Shown piece after piece: positions 19,149 through 29,798 of a stretch of 49,099 nt of DNA. Position 1 is the stretch's first letter; each line of letters starts with the position of its first letter. Source of the stretch: a virus (taxonomy: Duplodnaviria; Caudoviricetes); the IMG/VR virus record IMGVR_UViG_3300032318_001710, positions 1 through 49,099 of that record; one strand, 5' to 3'. Made by a program: the position numbers and the translations under genes. The notes under the pieces were generated by a model that made no database searches, was not told the DNA's origin, and saw nothing but the letters and a program-made list of their open reading frames with translations.

Positions 19149-21401
19149 TTACCTATACAAATAGTAGTGAGAGCCTGCAATAGTTCCTTGATGATCTGTA
19201 TTAAAGTATACATATCCTGGCTGATGACGATATACAACAGTTCTTGTGGCTGAATCATTTCTAGCATCTGCTGCAGTATTTACTGCCGAAGGTTTGCCAT
19301 AAAATATAGGGTTTCCAACTATTGCTCCTGTGCTTTTATTAACTACCGCAATTGAACACGCCCCATTTGAATGAGAATTTCCAAAATCTAACATTACTTC
19401 AATTGTTCCCGAAGGTGGCTCAAACCATACGGCTCCTCCAGTATCATTTGGACTTGATACTCCATCAAAAACAGTAGCAGAGCCAATTGTATTTGTTATT
19501 GCTGTATTTAATGCAGGATATGCTTGATTGCCTTTGGTGTCTGTATACCAATTACTAAATCCTGGTCCTGAAGTATTAGTAAAATCAACTGAGTCTCTAT
19601 AAAATTGCCCTGGTGTTACTTGTGAAGATAATGAAGACGTAGCACTTTGTTGATTTACTCTGCTTGTAACATGAGATGTATTAGATGCGTCTTTCCATTT
19701 TACTCCGCTCCATCTTGTAACTGGATTTGAGGCAGATCCAGAGTATCCCCAGTTTGCTAATATGTACCACCGATTGCTAGCAGAATCTGTAACATACTCT
19801 CCTACAGCATCTGTTGTATAAGATGAAGAAAGTCCTATTGTATTTGATGTGGCTATGTGTCTATCTGAATATGTACTAAAAGCTGTGCTAAAAAGACCTT
19901 GACCAACAACAATAGTTAATGTTCCGCTATTTGTAAAACCACCGTTTGCATCAGTTGCACGAACTGTAAATGTAGATGTTGCAGCAGTTGTTGTTGTTCC
20001 GCTAATTAATCCAGATGAGGATAGTGTTGTTCCTGCTGGCAATGAACCAGAGTTTAATGTATAGGTTGGCGCAACTCCAGAATCATCTGGTGCGCTTAAT
20101 TGATAAGAGTAAGGACCATTAATATACCCAGAAGACAATGTTCCAGATGTGGACCATGATGGCAAAGCGTTGGACATTGTAAATCCTCTATCTGCTGTAT
20201 TACCTGAATCATCTGTTACACGAATTGTAAAGGCTGCATTTGTTGATGAGCTTGGTGTTCCCGAAATTACTCCTGCTGAAGATAAAGATAATCCTGTTGG
20301 CAGGGTCCCAGAAACTAATGAGTATGTCAGTGTTCCGTCATCTGTTGCAACTACTGTTGTTGAATAAGCGGAGTTTCTTGTAAATACTGGAAGAGTTGCA
20401 GCGGTAGACCATGTTGGTCCTGTATTTGTAAGTGTAAATAATCTATCTGCTGTTTGTCCACCGTCGTCTGTTACTCTAAAAGTAAAAGAATATGTAAGGG
20501 GAGATGAAACACTTGGGGTTCCGCTAATGACTCCAGTTGAACTATTTATTGAAAGGCCAGTTGGTAAAGATCCTGATACTAATGAGTAAGATACTATTCC
20601 AGAGTCATCAGTTCCAGCAACTGTTGCAGAAAATGCTGAATTCTTTGTATATGTGCCTAGGCTTCCAGATACAGTTGACCATGCAGGAGGTCTATCATTA
20701 ACTAATATACTAAATGATCTATCTGCAACGTTTTGTCCATCTGATGCACGTACTGTAAAATTAAATGTGGTATTTGAAGTTATGTTATTAATTGTTCCAG
20801 AAATAACTCCAGTAGAAGTATTTATTGAAAGTCCTCCAGGTAATGCTCCAGAAGATATTGAGTATGATAACGCTACTGATTCTGGATCTGTAACTGTGAC
20901 TGGTATATTTACAGAATCAAGCTCTGTATATGTACCCAAACTTCCAGAAGCTGGATTTGACCAGATTGGTGTTTGGTCTACGTTCAAAATATCTAAATAA
21001 ACTCCAGACAAATTTGATGGGTTTGTAACTTTTATATCATAGGGCTCGTATGCACTAGATAGTCCTGTAAATGTAACAGAAATTGATGATGCTGAGCTAA
21101 CATTTACGCCTGTTCCAAAAATTTCTACATCGTTTGTTCCAATTACTGAAACTAAAGCTCCTGCTGCAAATCCAGTACCATTTAAGTTTATTGTATTTGA
21201 AGCAAATGATTCTTTATACACTCCAGTTATGCTTACTATGCTAGGTGCTTCTTGAACGATATTTTGCCAGCCACTAGGTGTGTATAACTCAAGTCTTCCA
21301 GCTTCGCCATTAAAGTATGGTTGTCCAGTAGATGGAGTTGCAGGACGTGCTGTTGTATTTCCAAAAGGAATACCTGTATTTGATGATTTTCTAATTGCCA
21401 T
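19149..21401 (-). CDS. Ig-repeat adhesin/fibre protein (cassette 5) with a non-Gly-rich tip
   Basis: Start corrected to MAIRKS at 21401 (TAATG overlap); GIPFGNT..RP motif, IPT domain, four SGSLPxGLS..SSTGVISGTP putative-Ig repeats. Confidence 0.8.
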   Translation of the reverse strand: MAIRKSSNTGIPFGNTTARPATPSTGQPYFNGEAGRLELYTPSGWQNIVQEAPSIVSITGVYKESFASNTINLNGTGFAAGALVSVIGTNDVEIFGTGVNVSSASSISVTFTGLSSAYEPYDIKVTNPSNLSGVYLDILNVDQTPIWSNPASGSLGTYTELDSVNIPVTVTDPESVALSYSISSGALPGGLSINTSTGVISGTINNITSNTTFNFTVRASDGQNVADRSFSILVNDRPPAWSTVSGSLGTYTKNSAFSATVAGTDDSGIVSYSLVSGSLPTGLSINSSTGVISGTPSVSSPLTYSFTFRVTDDGGQTADRLFTLTNTGPTWSTAATLPVFTRNSAYSTTVVATDDGTLTYSLVSGTLPTGLSLSSAGVISGTPSSSTNAAFTIRVTDDSGNTADRGFTMSNALPSWSTSGTLSSGYINGPYSYQLSAPDDSGVAPTYTLNSGSLPAGTTLSSSGLISGTTTTAATSTFTVRATDANGGFTNSGTLTIVVGQGLFSTAFSTYSDRHIATSNTIGLSSSYTTDAVGEYVTDSASNRWYILANWGYSGSASNPVTRWSGVKWKDASNTSHVTSRVNQQSATSSLSSQVTPGQFYRDSVDFTNTSGPGFSNWYTDTKGNQAYPALNTAITNTIGSATVFDGVSSPNDTGGAVWFEPPSGTIEVMLDFGNSHSNGACSIAVVNKSTGAIVGNPIFYGKPSAVNTAADARNDSATRTVVYRHQPGYVYFNTDHQGTIAGSHYYLYR

Positions 21402-21907
21402 TAATCGAACCTCCACCCAACTGTTGCGCCTGTATATATAAATACTGAACTTGATTGATTTACATCTATTATAGCATTATCTGCTACTCCATTAATATTG
21501 CTGCCGTTTCTTGCTATTGTAATATTGTTTGTTGCCGCCGTCCCTGATGCATCATATATTGAAATAGTATCTCCCAGGGCAGGGCTGGCAGGAAGAGTAA
21601 GGGTTCTTGCCGCTGAAGTATTTACAAAGTAGTTATTATTAGCCGCCATTGTTATATTTGATGATACCGCAGAAGATGCTGGTCCTGTAACAATTGTTAC
21701 GCTTCCGCCCAAAGAAACGGCGGACCCATTAACGGTAATTGCTGAATTTGTTAAGGATGCATTTCCAATATTAGTTAAAGTATTAGATGCACCCGATATA
21801 GTTTTATTAGTTAATGTTTGGGTTCCATCTGTTGTAAGTCCATTAGGAATAGCGGTGCCGACTTCTTGCCAGACCGTTCCATCCCATACTCTTATTAATT
21901 TAGCCAT
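21401..21907 (-). CDS. Small fibre adaptor (cassette 5)
   Basis: C-terminal TLPASP.LGD.I.I.DASG...NITIARNG..ING...YTGATVGWR domain shared with four paralogs. Confidence 0.75.
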   Translation of the reverse strand: MAKLIRVWDGTVWQEVGTAIPNGLTTDGTQTLTNKTISGASNTLTNIGNASLTNSAITVNGSAVSLGGSVTIVTGPASSAVSSNITMAANNNYFVNTSAARTLTLPASPALGDTISIYDASGTAATNNITIARNGSNINGVADNAIIDVNQSSSVFIYTGATVGWRFD

Positions 21908-23691
21908 TAGAAGGTTACACTTCCTGATCCTGTAAACTTAACATATCTATATCCGCCAGAAGTATATGTAGTTCCAGTTGTTGAAGATGGCAAAGCAGAT
22001 GAATCGGAATATCTAATAATTACAATTCCTGATCCTCCTGCGCCTCCTGCATATTCAGAACTTCCACCACCTGTTTGATTACCTCCGCCGCCGCCGCCTC
22101 CTGTATTAATTGTTCCTCCAGCATTAGTAGAAGTAGTAGATCGATTGTTTCCAGTAGCTCCGCCACCGTTTCCTCCTGGGCCACCAATTGTAATATTTCC
22201 TGCTCCAGGAGCGCCGCCGCCTCCGCCGCCTGCAAACCATCGTGTCCCACTTATATCTTGACCAGATACCGTCGCTAATCCCCATGATGAATATGAAGAA
22301 GAACCATTTCCTCCTGCACCAGCTGTTGAACCGCCATCATTTCCTCCTGCTACAGTAGCTCCGCCTCCACCTCCGCCAGATTCTCCGTATGATCCTTGGT
22401 TAGTTCCTTTACCGCCGCCAAATCCTTGACCAGAAACTCCAGTTCCAGCTGTTGCAAATGATCCGTTTGTTCCTCCACCAGATCCTCCATTTTTACCATT
22501 TGTTGAATCAATTCCACCTCCGCCACCACCAGCTGTTGCAATCTGATTGCTAAAAAATGAATTAGTTCCGCTATTTCCTGCAACACGTGCTAGAGCTCCT
22601 GATCCACCTCCGCCAATCTGTACAGAGTATTGTGTTGAAGCAGATACAGCAAATGAACTGTTGTAAAGTAATCCTCCTGCTCCTCCGCCGCCTCCGCCGT
22701 TTCCTCCTCCGCCGCCTCCGCCTGCGATAACTAATACTTCAATGCTTGGTGGCACTGGAGATGCTGCTGTTATTGATGAACTTGCTGAACTTGCCGCAGA
22801 TGTGCCATTTGCATTTGTAGCTGTAGCTGTAAATGTATAAGATGTTCCATTTGTTAAACCAGTAAAAGTATAAGGTGAAGATGAAGCTGTTTGTGTTGTA
22901 GTCGCTGGACTTGAGGTAATTGAATAAGAAGTAATTGGCGAGCCGCCTGTAGCGCCTGTTAAAGTAAGAACTGCTTGTGTGCTTCCTGCTGTTGCGCTTA
23001 TACTTGGAGCCTGTGGAACAGTAGTTGCAGTAACTGCGCTACTTGCAGATGATGCAGAAGATGTTCCAAGTGGTCCAGTTGCTGTAACTGCGTAAGTATA
23101 TGCTGTATTTGATTGCAAACCAGTAACTACAATAGGGCTAGATGAGCCTGTATTTGTATATGATCCTGGTGTTGAAGTAACTGTAAATGACGTTGCTTTT
23201 CCTCCGCTTGTTGCAGGAGTAAATGCTACTGAAGCTTGCCCATTATTGTATGCCCGTGATGAAGGTTGATTTGTTGCAACTGGTGATGTAGGAATTCCTG
23301 CGGCTGTATTTGGAAGCCACCATCCTGCATCATATACCTCAAGAGATGAAGTCTCTGTATTATAATATAGATCTCCATTTGCAGGAGAGGCAGGACGTGA
23401 GGCAGTATTGCCTTTATTTATTCCTTTATTATTTTGAACATATGTTTGTGTTGCTAATGCTGCTGTATCTGTAATACCGTGAATATCTGTTGTGTCTGAA
23501 CTGTGTGTGCTTATTGCTGTGCTAATTGCTGAAGATGTTGCTGAAGTGGTAGCAAGGGAGGAAGTATCAGCAATACCATGTACTGTTGTTGTTGAAGAGT
23601 TATGTGCAGAGATAGCAGCAGTTACTTCAGCATCCGTCGATGCCGACGTATTTGCGCTGAATAGGTTTGCTATATCTCTGATTCTAGACAT
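21907..23691 (-). CDS. FN3-repeat, glycine-rich fibre/adhesin protein
   Basis: Two FN3-like repeats (GLQSNTAYTYAVTA, GLTNGTSYTFTATA); Gly-rich tip ending GSGIVIIRY. Confidence 0.8.
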   Translation of the reverse strand: MSRIRDIANLFSANTSASTDAEVTAAISAHNSSTTTVHGIADTSSLATTSATSSAISTAISTHSSDTTDIHGITDTAALATQTYVQNNKGINKGNTASRPASPANGDLYYNTETSSLEVYDAGWWLPNTAAGIPTSPVATNQPSSRAYNNGQASVAFTPATSGGKATSFTVTSTPGSYTNTGSSSPIVVTGLQSNTAYTYAVTATGPLGTSSASSASSAVTATTVPQAPSISATAGSTQAVLTLTGATGGSPITSYSITSSPATTTQTASSSPYTFTGLTNGTSYTFTATATNANGTSAASSASSSITAASPVPPSIEVLVIAGGGGGGGNGGGGGGAGGLLYNSSFAVSASTQYSVQIGGGGSGALARVAGNSGTNSFFSNQIATAGGGGGGIDSTNGKNGGSGGGTNGSFATAGTGVSGQGFGGGKGTNQGSYGESGGGGGGATVAGGNDGGSTAGAGGNGSSSYSSWGLATVSGQDISGTRWFAGGGGGGAPGAGNITIGGPGGNGGGATGNNRSTTSTNAGGTINTGGGGGGGNQTGGGSSEYAGGAGGSGIVIIRYSDSSALPSSTTGTTYTSGGYRYVKFTGSGSVTF

Positions 23692-25445
23692 TAAAATGTT
23701 ACCGTTCCTGAACCTGCTGTAAACCGATAAACTCTATATCCCGCCCGTGTTGGCTGATCGTAAGTTAACGTACCAGGAATTGTAGTAATTGCTGGCATAG
23801 TATTTGGATATGCAATAATTACCACTCCTGGATTTGCTTTAGATCCAGATATTCCTGTTCCGTTAGATCCAAAACCATAATATCCTACTACAGTATTAGA
23901 CTGATTTGTTCCTGCTGGATAAACTACTCCACTATCTGCATTACCATAGCCTCCTCCTGCATAAGCTGTTGAAGTGCCAGTTATAGAAGAATAAATTGGT
24001 AGACCGCCGTTTACTGTTTGTCCAACTACTCCCTTTGCTCCAGGACCTCCTGCACCACCACCGCCTCCTGAGCCATAACCACTTCCTGCGTCATCTCCTC
24101 CGCTATATCCTTGTCCTGCAGTGCCGCTTCCTCCTAGGCCTAAACCACCATTTTCGCTAAGGTATGCTCCTCCGCCTCCTGAGCCACCACTACGCCCATT
24201 GCCTTGTGCTGGATAAGAACCACCACCGCCGCCGCCTATAGCTGTTAATCCAAATAGTGTTGAGTTTTGTCCATTATCTCCCTTTGAGTTGCTGCCGTTT
24301 GCTGGGTGAGAATTTCCTCCATCTCCAACTGATAATGTAAAAGTAGATCCTTTAACTCTTGCAGAAGTTCCAGATAAAACTCCGCCGCCGCCGCCTCCGC
24401 CGCCAACATCCCATCCAGTTCCACCTCCACCTGCAACTACAAGATAATCTACAGCAATATCATAAATTGAAGAAATGCTAAACGTTCTTGGTATTAAGCT
24501 TAATCCATCTGATGCATTAATTGTAAATGTATAAGTAGTATTTGCAGAAACTACTGGAAGTGTTCCTGAAATTACACCTGTTGATGAATTTAATGTTAAG
24601 CCTGTTGGTAAAGATGAACCACTTGCTAAAGAATATGTAATTGAATCGGAATCTGTTACAGACAATGCCGAGGTTGTAATAGATGTGTTATTTAAGAATG
24701 ATCCTAGAGATCCTGCGCTTGTTACCCAAACTGGTGATGCATTTGATACAAAGCTAAATGTTCTTGGCACTACAGTATTTAGACCATCTGATGCATTAAT
24801 TGTAAATGTATATGTTGTGTTTGACGCAACATCTGGGAGAGTTCCTGATATAAGTCCTGTTGAAGAATTTAATGTTACGCCTGTTGGCAGAGATGACCCA
24901 TTTGCTAAAGAATATGTTATTGTTGATTCATCTGTTGCAGTTGCAGAAACTGAAATAGCAACTTGTTCTGCAAATGTTCCTAGGGATCCTGATGTTGTTG
25001 TCCATACTGGACTAGCATTAATATATAATGCATCTGGCAATACTCCATACAAGTTTGATGTATTGGTTACCTTAACATCGTAAGGCTCATTAGCATTTGA
25101 TAGTCCTGAAAATACCGCCGTGATTGACACTATTGAGTTTACAGTAGTTGAACTAGCATTTACTTCAACACCGTTTGTTCCAATAACAGAAGCAATTGCT
25201 CCTGTTGTAAAATTTGTACCTGTAATTTCTATTGTGCCTGAGCCTGTTGATTCAAGATAATTTCCTGATATAGAAACAACTCCTGGAGTTTCAGAAACAA
25301 TGTTTTGCCATCCTGAAGATGTGTAAAGTTCTAGTCTTTTTTCTTCACCATTAAAATATGGCTGTCCAGCGGATGGGTTTGCAGGTCTACCTGAATTACT
25401 TCCAAATGGGATTCCTCCGAGTTTTGATGTTCTAATATCGCTCAT
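23691..25445 (-). CDS. Ig-repeat glycine-rich adhesin (cassette 4)
   Basis: Start corrected to MSDIRT at 25445; docking motif, IPT, two Ig repeats, Gly-rich tip. Confidence 0.8.
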   Translation of the reverse strand: MSDIRTSKLGGIPFGSNSGRPANPSAGQPYFNGEEKRLELYTSSGWQNIVSETPGVVSISGNYLESTGSGTIEITGTNFTTGAIASVIGTNGVEVNASSTTVNSIVSITAVFSGLSNANEPYDVKVTNTSNLYGVLPDALYINASPVWTTTSGSLGTFAEQVAISVSATATDESTITYSLANGSSLPTGVTLNSSTGLISGTLPDVASNTTYTFTINASDGLNTVVPRTFSFVSNASPVWVTSAGSLGSFLNNTSITTSALSVTDSDSITYSLASGSSLPTGLTLNSSTGVISGTLPVVSANTTYTFTINASDGLSLIPRTFSISSIYDIAVDYLVVAGGGGTGWDVGGGGGGGGVLSGTSARVKGSTFTLSVGDGGNSHPANGSNSKGDNGQNSTLFGLTAIGGGGGGSYPAQGNGRSGGSGGGGAYLSENGGLGLGGSGTAGQGYSGGDDAGSGYGSGGGGGAGGPGAKGVVGQTVNGGLPIYSSITGTSTAYAGGGYGNADSGVVYPAGTNQSNTVVGYYGFGSNGTGISGSKANPGVVIIAYPNTMPAITTIPGTLTYDQPTRAGYRVYRFTAGSGTVTF

Positions 25446-26311
25446 TATCCAACCTTCCATCCATAGGTGCTACCTGTATATAGTAATACATACCATCCAC
25501 CATTGTTATCTATAATTAAATTTCCTGTTCCGCCGTTTATTTTACTGGCATTTCGTGCCACAGTTATATTATACGTTGAAGCGTTCCCTGAAGCATCTAC
25601 TATTTGAATTTCATCGTTTAGAGAAGGAGAGGCTGGAAGAGTCAATGTTAGCGCTGATGCTGATGTAACATAATATCTTTTCTTTGCTACTAATGTAGTA
25701 TTTGCAGAAATTGCTAATGGGGCTACTGATGTATTTGCTGCTAGAAGGGCATCTACTTCTGCCTGGGTATATGTATTCGTTGAATTAAGATTGGTTATTG
25801 TAACTATCTCTACGATGTCGCCTGCCGCTGCGGCGGAACCAAGAATAACAGTAGTACCAGAAGATGTTGTGTAGTCTGTTGTCTTTAATAGTAGAAGACC
25901 ATTGAAGTATACCTGCTCATATCCATCTATAAATGCTACTGATGCTACGAAATTTGTTTGTCCCGACGTTGCTGTAAATGTATGACGGCGAATAATGTTG
26001 GGATCAAATGAGTCTGAAGTAGAATCTGATTCAATCCAGATATCGCCAATGTCGGGGGAAGAAGGAGCATTTGCTTGATAATTAGATCCTTGAATTAATG
26101 TAGAAAGAGTAGTTGGGGTATATGTAGTACCTGAAGCGGAATATAGGATTTGTCCTGAAGAAGGAGATTGAGTTGTTCCTGTTCCGCCATATTGGGTCGG
26201 AAGTAAATTATGGGAATCTAAAGTATTATTAGTTGAAAGAATTACGCCAGATGCATTATTAAGCCCATTGACAATGAGCTTATTTTTAACTTTAAAGTCT
26301 TTATCTGACAA
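25445..26311 (-). CDS. Fibre adaptor (cassette 4)
   Basis: MSDKDFKVK N-terminus; C-terminal ...YTGSTYGWKVG domain. Confidence 0.75.
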   Translation of the reverse strand: MSDKDFKVKNKLIVNGLNNASGVILSTNNTLDSHNLLPTQYGGTGTTQSPSSGQILYSASGTTYTPTTLSTLIQGSNYQANAPSSPDIGDIWIESDSTSDSFDPNIIRRHTFTATSGQTNFVASVAFIDGYEQVYFNGLLLLKTTDYTTSSGTTVILGSAAAAGDIVEIVTITNLNSTNTYTQAEVDALLAANTSVAPLAISANTTLVAKKRYYVTSASALTLTLPASPSLNDEIQIVDASGNASTYNITVARNASKINGGTGNLIIDNNGGWYVLLYTGSTYGWKVG

Positions 26312-26360
26312 TTTGGTTCACATATCCCCTAGTTGTTTATTACTTAATTATAGCATTAAA

Positions 26361-28541
26361 TTAACTTGAGTATCCCCAACTTATATTTATAAAACCATTA
26401 GATCCAGCATTACCACTTCCGCCGCCAACACCCGCACCACCTGCAGCTCCAGAACCTGTGGATGTTGAAATAATATTTAATGAGTAAACATTGGCAGCGT
26501 AACCTGATCCGCCTCCTGCTCCGCCTCCTGAACCATTTCCAGAAGCAGTTCCACCTGCGCCACCGCCATAATATCCTCCTCCTCCGCCGCCACCACCACC
26601 CATTGATCCTGCAGATGTATTAGTATTTCCATATCCACCGAGCAACTGTCTTCCTGGTTGATTTGATCCATCTGCTTGATTAGAACCATTTGATCCTCCT
26701 GCAGATATACTTCCGCCAGTTCCTCCACCTGCAAGACTATCTGAAGATGCACTTCCATTTCCTCCAGAAAGGTTAAATCCTCCACCTGCACCAGGACTTC
26801 CTGCAGTAACGTTATCGTCAGTACCTCCTCCTCCGCCGCCGCCTCCTGCGATTGCTAATGCGTTTGCAAAAGAAACTGAGTTGTTAATAAAGATTCCAGA
26901 GAATCCTCCTCCATCTCCACCTGCGCCACCACCAGATCTATTTACTGCATATCCTGCTCCACCTGAAGTTATTGGATAGTTATAATTTGCTACGTCGCTT
27001 CCTGAAGATAATCCTCCGCCTCCGCCTTGACCAACAATTGCAATTAGTTGTGGTAATTGAGCTCTTGGAATTAAATACTTAACAGTCCCTCTTCCTCCTG
27101 CGGCACCTGCTGGAGTAGATAATGTATCAAATCCTCCAGATCCTCCTCCAGCTCCAGCAATATCAAATTGAATTATAACTCCTTGTCCATCAATCATACT
27201 ATTATATATGGAAGTAAATGTTGAAGATAATGCAGTTTGTCCTACGGAAGTTAAAGAAATTGATGAGGATGTTGGAACATATGTTGCAGAAATTATTGAA
27301 ATACTGAATGCTCTATCTGTAGTTGATGCATTTACATCTGTAGCCCGTATTGTAAAATTAAAAGAACCTGCTACTGATGGTGTTCCACTTATAACTCCCG
27401 ATGAAGTATTTAAAGAAATTCCATTTGGTAACGAGCCTGATATAACAGAGTATGTAACAGTTCCATCATCTGTTGCAACTAATGTTTGAGAATATGACTG
27501 TGAACTAAATCCGCTTGGCAAAGATGATGCTGTAGACCAAATCGGCACAGCATTTGGCATTGTAAACTGTCTATCTGCAAATGTTGCGCTTGTATTATCT
27601 GTTGCTCTAAGGGTAAAAACTGCTGATGATTCAGAAGAAGGTGTCCCAGAAATTACACCAGTAGAAGAATTTAAAGATAAGCCTGTTGGCAAAGATCCAG
27701 AAAATAAACTATACGAAATTGTTGGCCCTGAATCATCCTGCGTTGCAGAAACTGTAGTTGAATATGAAATATTTTTTGAAAATGTTGGTAATGTTGCAGA
27801 TGTAACCCAAGTAGGGGCACGATCTGTAATTGTTATTGAAAAATTTCTAGTAATTGCAGTATTTCTTCCATCAGATACAGATGCAGTAAAGTTATATGTA
27901 GTACTTGTTGTTATGTTTGTAGGTGTACCGCTTATTACTCCAGTAGAAGAATTAATTGATAAGCCACCTGGTAAAGATCCTGTAGATATAGAATAGGATA
28001 AGGGGCTACTATAGGTGTCTATTGCATCTGTTGCTGCAATTGTGACAGACATTGGTGATTGTTCAATATATGTTCCAAGTGATCCTGATGCTGTTGCCCA
28101 AGCGGGTATATTATCAACTGTCATTGAGTCATAAAGAACTCCATAAAGATTTGATGGATTTACAACTTTTATGTCATATGGTTCATATGAAGGAGATAAG
28201 GCTGGAAAATTTGCAGTTATTTGAACAACAGAAACTAAGGTTGTAGTTGTTGCTGCAGTTTCAATTCCATTTGTTCCAACGGCATAAGCAATTGCTCCTA
28301 CTGCAAAATTTGTTCCATTAATAGTAACTGTTGATGAAGTATTTTCATTAAAAGCTCCTACAACATTTACAACTGATGGTGTTTCTTGTACAATATTTTG
28401 CCAACCTACAGTTTGTGTGTAAAGCTCAAAACGATTTGATTCACCATTAAGGTATGGCTGTCCTGGCTGAGGGCTTGCAGGACGTCCTGAATTAATACCA
28501 AACGGAATTCCGTCTAAATTATTTAAACTAATGTCAGCCAT
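26361..28541 (-). CDS. Ig-repeat glycine-rich adhesin (cassette 3)
   Basis: Docking motif GIPFGINSGRP, IPT, three Ig repeats, Gly-rich tip. Confidence 0.8.
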   Translation of the reverse strand: MADISLNNLDGIPFGINSGRPASPQPGQPYLNGESNRFELYTQTVGWQNIVQETPSVVNVVGAFNENTSSTVTINGTNFAVGAIAYAVGTNGIETAATTTTLVSVVQITANFPALSPSYEPYDIKVVNPSNLYGVLYDSMTVDNIPAWATASGSLGTYIEQSPMSVTIAATDAIDTYSSPLSYSISTGSLPGGLSINSSTGVISGTPTNITTSTTYNFTASVSDGRNTAITRNFSITITDRAPTWVTSATLPTFSKNISYSTTVSATQDDSGPTISYSLFSGSLPTGLSLNSSTGVISGTPSSESSAVFTLRATDNTSATFADRQFTMPNAVPIWSTASSLPSGFSSQSYSQTLVATDDGTVTYSVISGSLPNGISLNTSSGVISGTPSVAGSFNFTIRATDVNASTTDRAFSISIISATYVPTSSSISLTSVGQTALSSTFTSIYNSMIDGQGVIIQFDIAGAGGGSGGFDTLSTPAGAAGGRGTVKYLIPRAQLPQLIAIVGQGGGGGLSSGSDVANYNYPITSGGAGYAVNRSGGGAGGDGGGFSGIFINNSVSFANALAIAGGGGGGGGTDDNVTAGSPGAGGGFNLSGGNGSASSDSLAGGGTGGSISAGGSNGSNQADGSNQPGRQLLGGYGNTNTSAGSMGGGGGGGGGYYGGGAGGTASGNGSGGGAGGGSGYAANVYSLNIISTSTGSGAAGGAGVGGGSGNAGSNGFINISWGYSS

Positions 28542-28542
28542 T

Positions 28543-29082
28543 TTATCCTACTCTCCAACCATATGTTGATCCTGTGTATACTAGTGATGCCGCTCCACCA
28601 TTTACGTTAAATATTAAATTACCAGCGTTTCCGTTAATTTTTTCTCCGTTGCGGGCTATAGTTATATTATACGTTGCCGCCGTTCCTGAAGCGTCAAATA
28701 TATAAATCTCTGCTCCTAATGTAGGAGAGGCGGGAAGTGTAATAGTTCTTGCGGCTGTTGTATCTACAAAATATTTATTAAACGCTGCTAATGTAACATT
28801 TGAAGAAATGGCAGTAGATGGAACTGGAGTAAATCCTGCTGTTACTGTAGACCATGAAGCATTTGTTCCATCTGTCTTTAAGTAATATCCATCTAGGGAT
28901 GTTTGTACTGGAAGTAATGCATTTAAAGAGTTTGCAGCAGTTGTTTGACCTGTTCCGCCTTTATCAAGCGGAAGGGTGGTATGAGAAGTTAAAGTGCCAT
29001 CTGTATGTCTAACAATTGGGCCAGCTATTGTTAAGCCACCTACTACTAGGTTGCTTTTTACTTTAAAGTCTTTATCAGACAT
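28543..29082 (-). CDS. Fibre adaptor (cassette 3)
   Basis: MSDKDFKVK N-terminus; C-terminal ...YTGSTYGWRVG. Confidence 0.75.
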   Translation of the reverse strand: MSDKDFKVKSNLVVGGLTIAGPIVRHTDGTLTSHTTLPLDKGGTGQTTAANSLNALLPVQTSLDGYYLKTDGTNASWSTVTAGFTPVPSTAISSNVTLAAFNKYFVDTTAARTITLPASPTLGAEIYIFDASGTAATYNITIARNGEKINGNAGNLIFNVNGGAASLVYTGSTYGWRVG

Positions 29083-29107
29083 GCTTGCCCCCAGCTTTTA
29101 AATTAAT

Positions 29108-29485
29108 TTATCCTAAAGCTCTTTCTTCCCATGATGTTGTATCTTCGTTCCATGTAAAGAATTTTCCTTCTTCAACAGGCATAGGAGTTGGTGCATTCCA
29201 TGTGCATGTATCTTCATCTAGTGTCCATGAAGCAAAAGGCTTTGGAGCATAGAATGCATCTCTTACTGAATCGTATGTATATCCAATTCCAGCGTAATTC
29301 TTTCTTAGCGGGGTCCCGCCATTTGAATGAACTCCTGCGATTGTGTTATATGAAGTCTTGATCCATGTTCCGCCTAATCCTAGGTCGGTAGCAAGGAATT
29401 CCTGCCCTCTATCTTCTTGTTCGTTATCAACTACAAGAACACGGGTGACGATGTTATTCTCGTCAATTTCTGCAAAATGTGCCAT
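29108..29485 (-). CDS. Putative fibre assembly chaperone (MAHFAE type)
   Basis: Paralog of 32294..32653; Trp/Pro-rich C-terminus (SW.L.EDTC.W..P.P); own promoter and SD. Confidence 0.6.
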   Translation of the reverse strand: MAHFAEIDENNIVTRVLVVDNEQEDRGQEFLATDLGLGGTWIKTSYNTIAGVHSNGGTPLRKNYAGIGYTYDSVRDAFYAPKPFASWTLDEDTCTWNAPTPMPVEEGKFFTWNEDTTSWEERALG

Positions 29486-29549
29486 TTGTACTTCTCCTTA
29501 TTTCCATTTGTTCTATTTTACCATTTTATTGGTGATAAGTCTATATTTT

Positions 29550-29789
29550 CTATCTAAAAACTTCTGGCTCTTTTCCATCTAAATATTCTTTATAAAACTT
29601 TAATCCATCCCATTTTTCAAAAACGGTTGAACTGCTACTAGATGTTAGGCCTGTATTTTCATTTATTTCTATATACAAGCAGTTCGGATACTCTGACTGT
29701 AATAAAGGAATTGTAGTATCATCTATATCAGAAACTACAATAGTGTTGATTACCTCAGATGTATTTATATCTACTATTGCGACATTCAT
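29550..29789 (-). CDS. Small fibre-associated protein
   Basis: 79 aa; N-terminus (AIVD...VINTIVV) resembles the MAHFAE family; WDG motif; follows adhesin 2. Confidence 0.55.
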   Translation of the reverse strand: MNVAIVDINTSEVINTIVVSDIDDTTIPLLQSEYPNCLYIEINENTGLTSSSSSTVFEKWDGLKFYKEYLDGKEPEVFR

Positions 29790-29798
29790 ATATTACTC

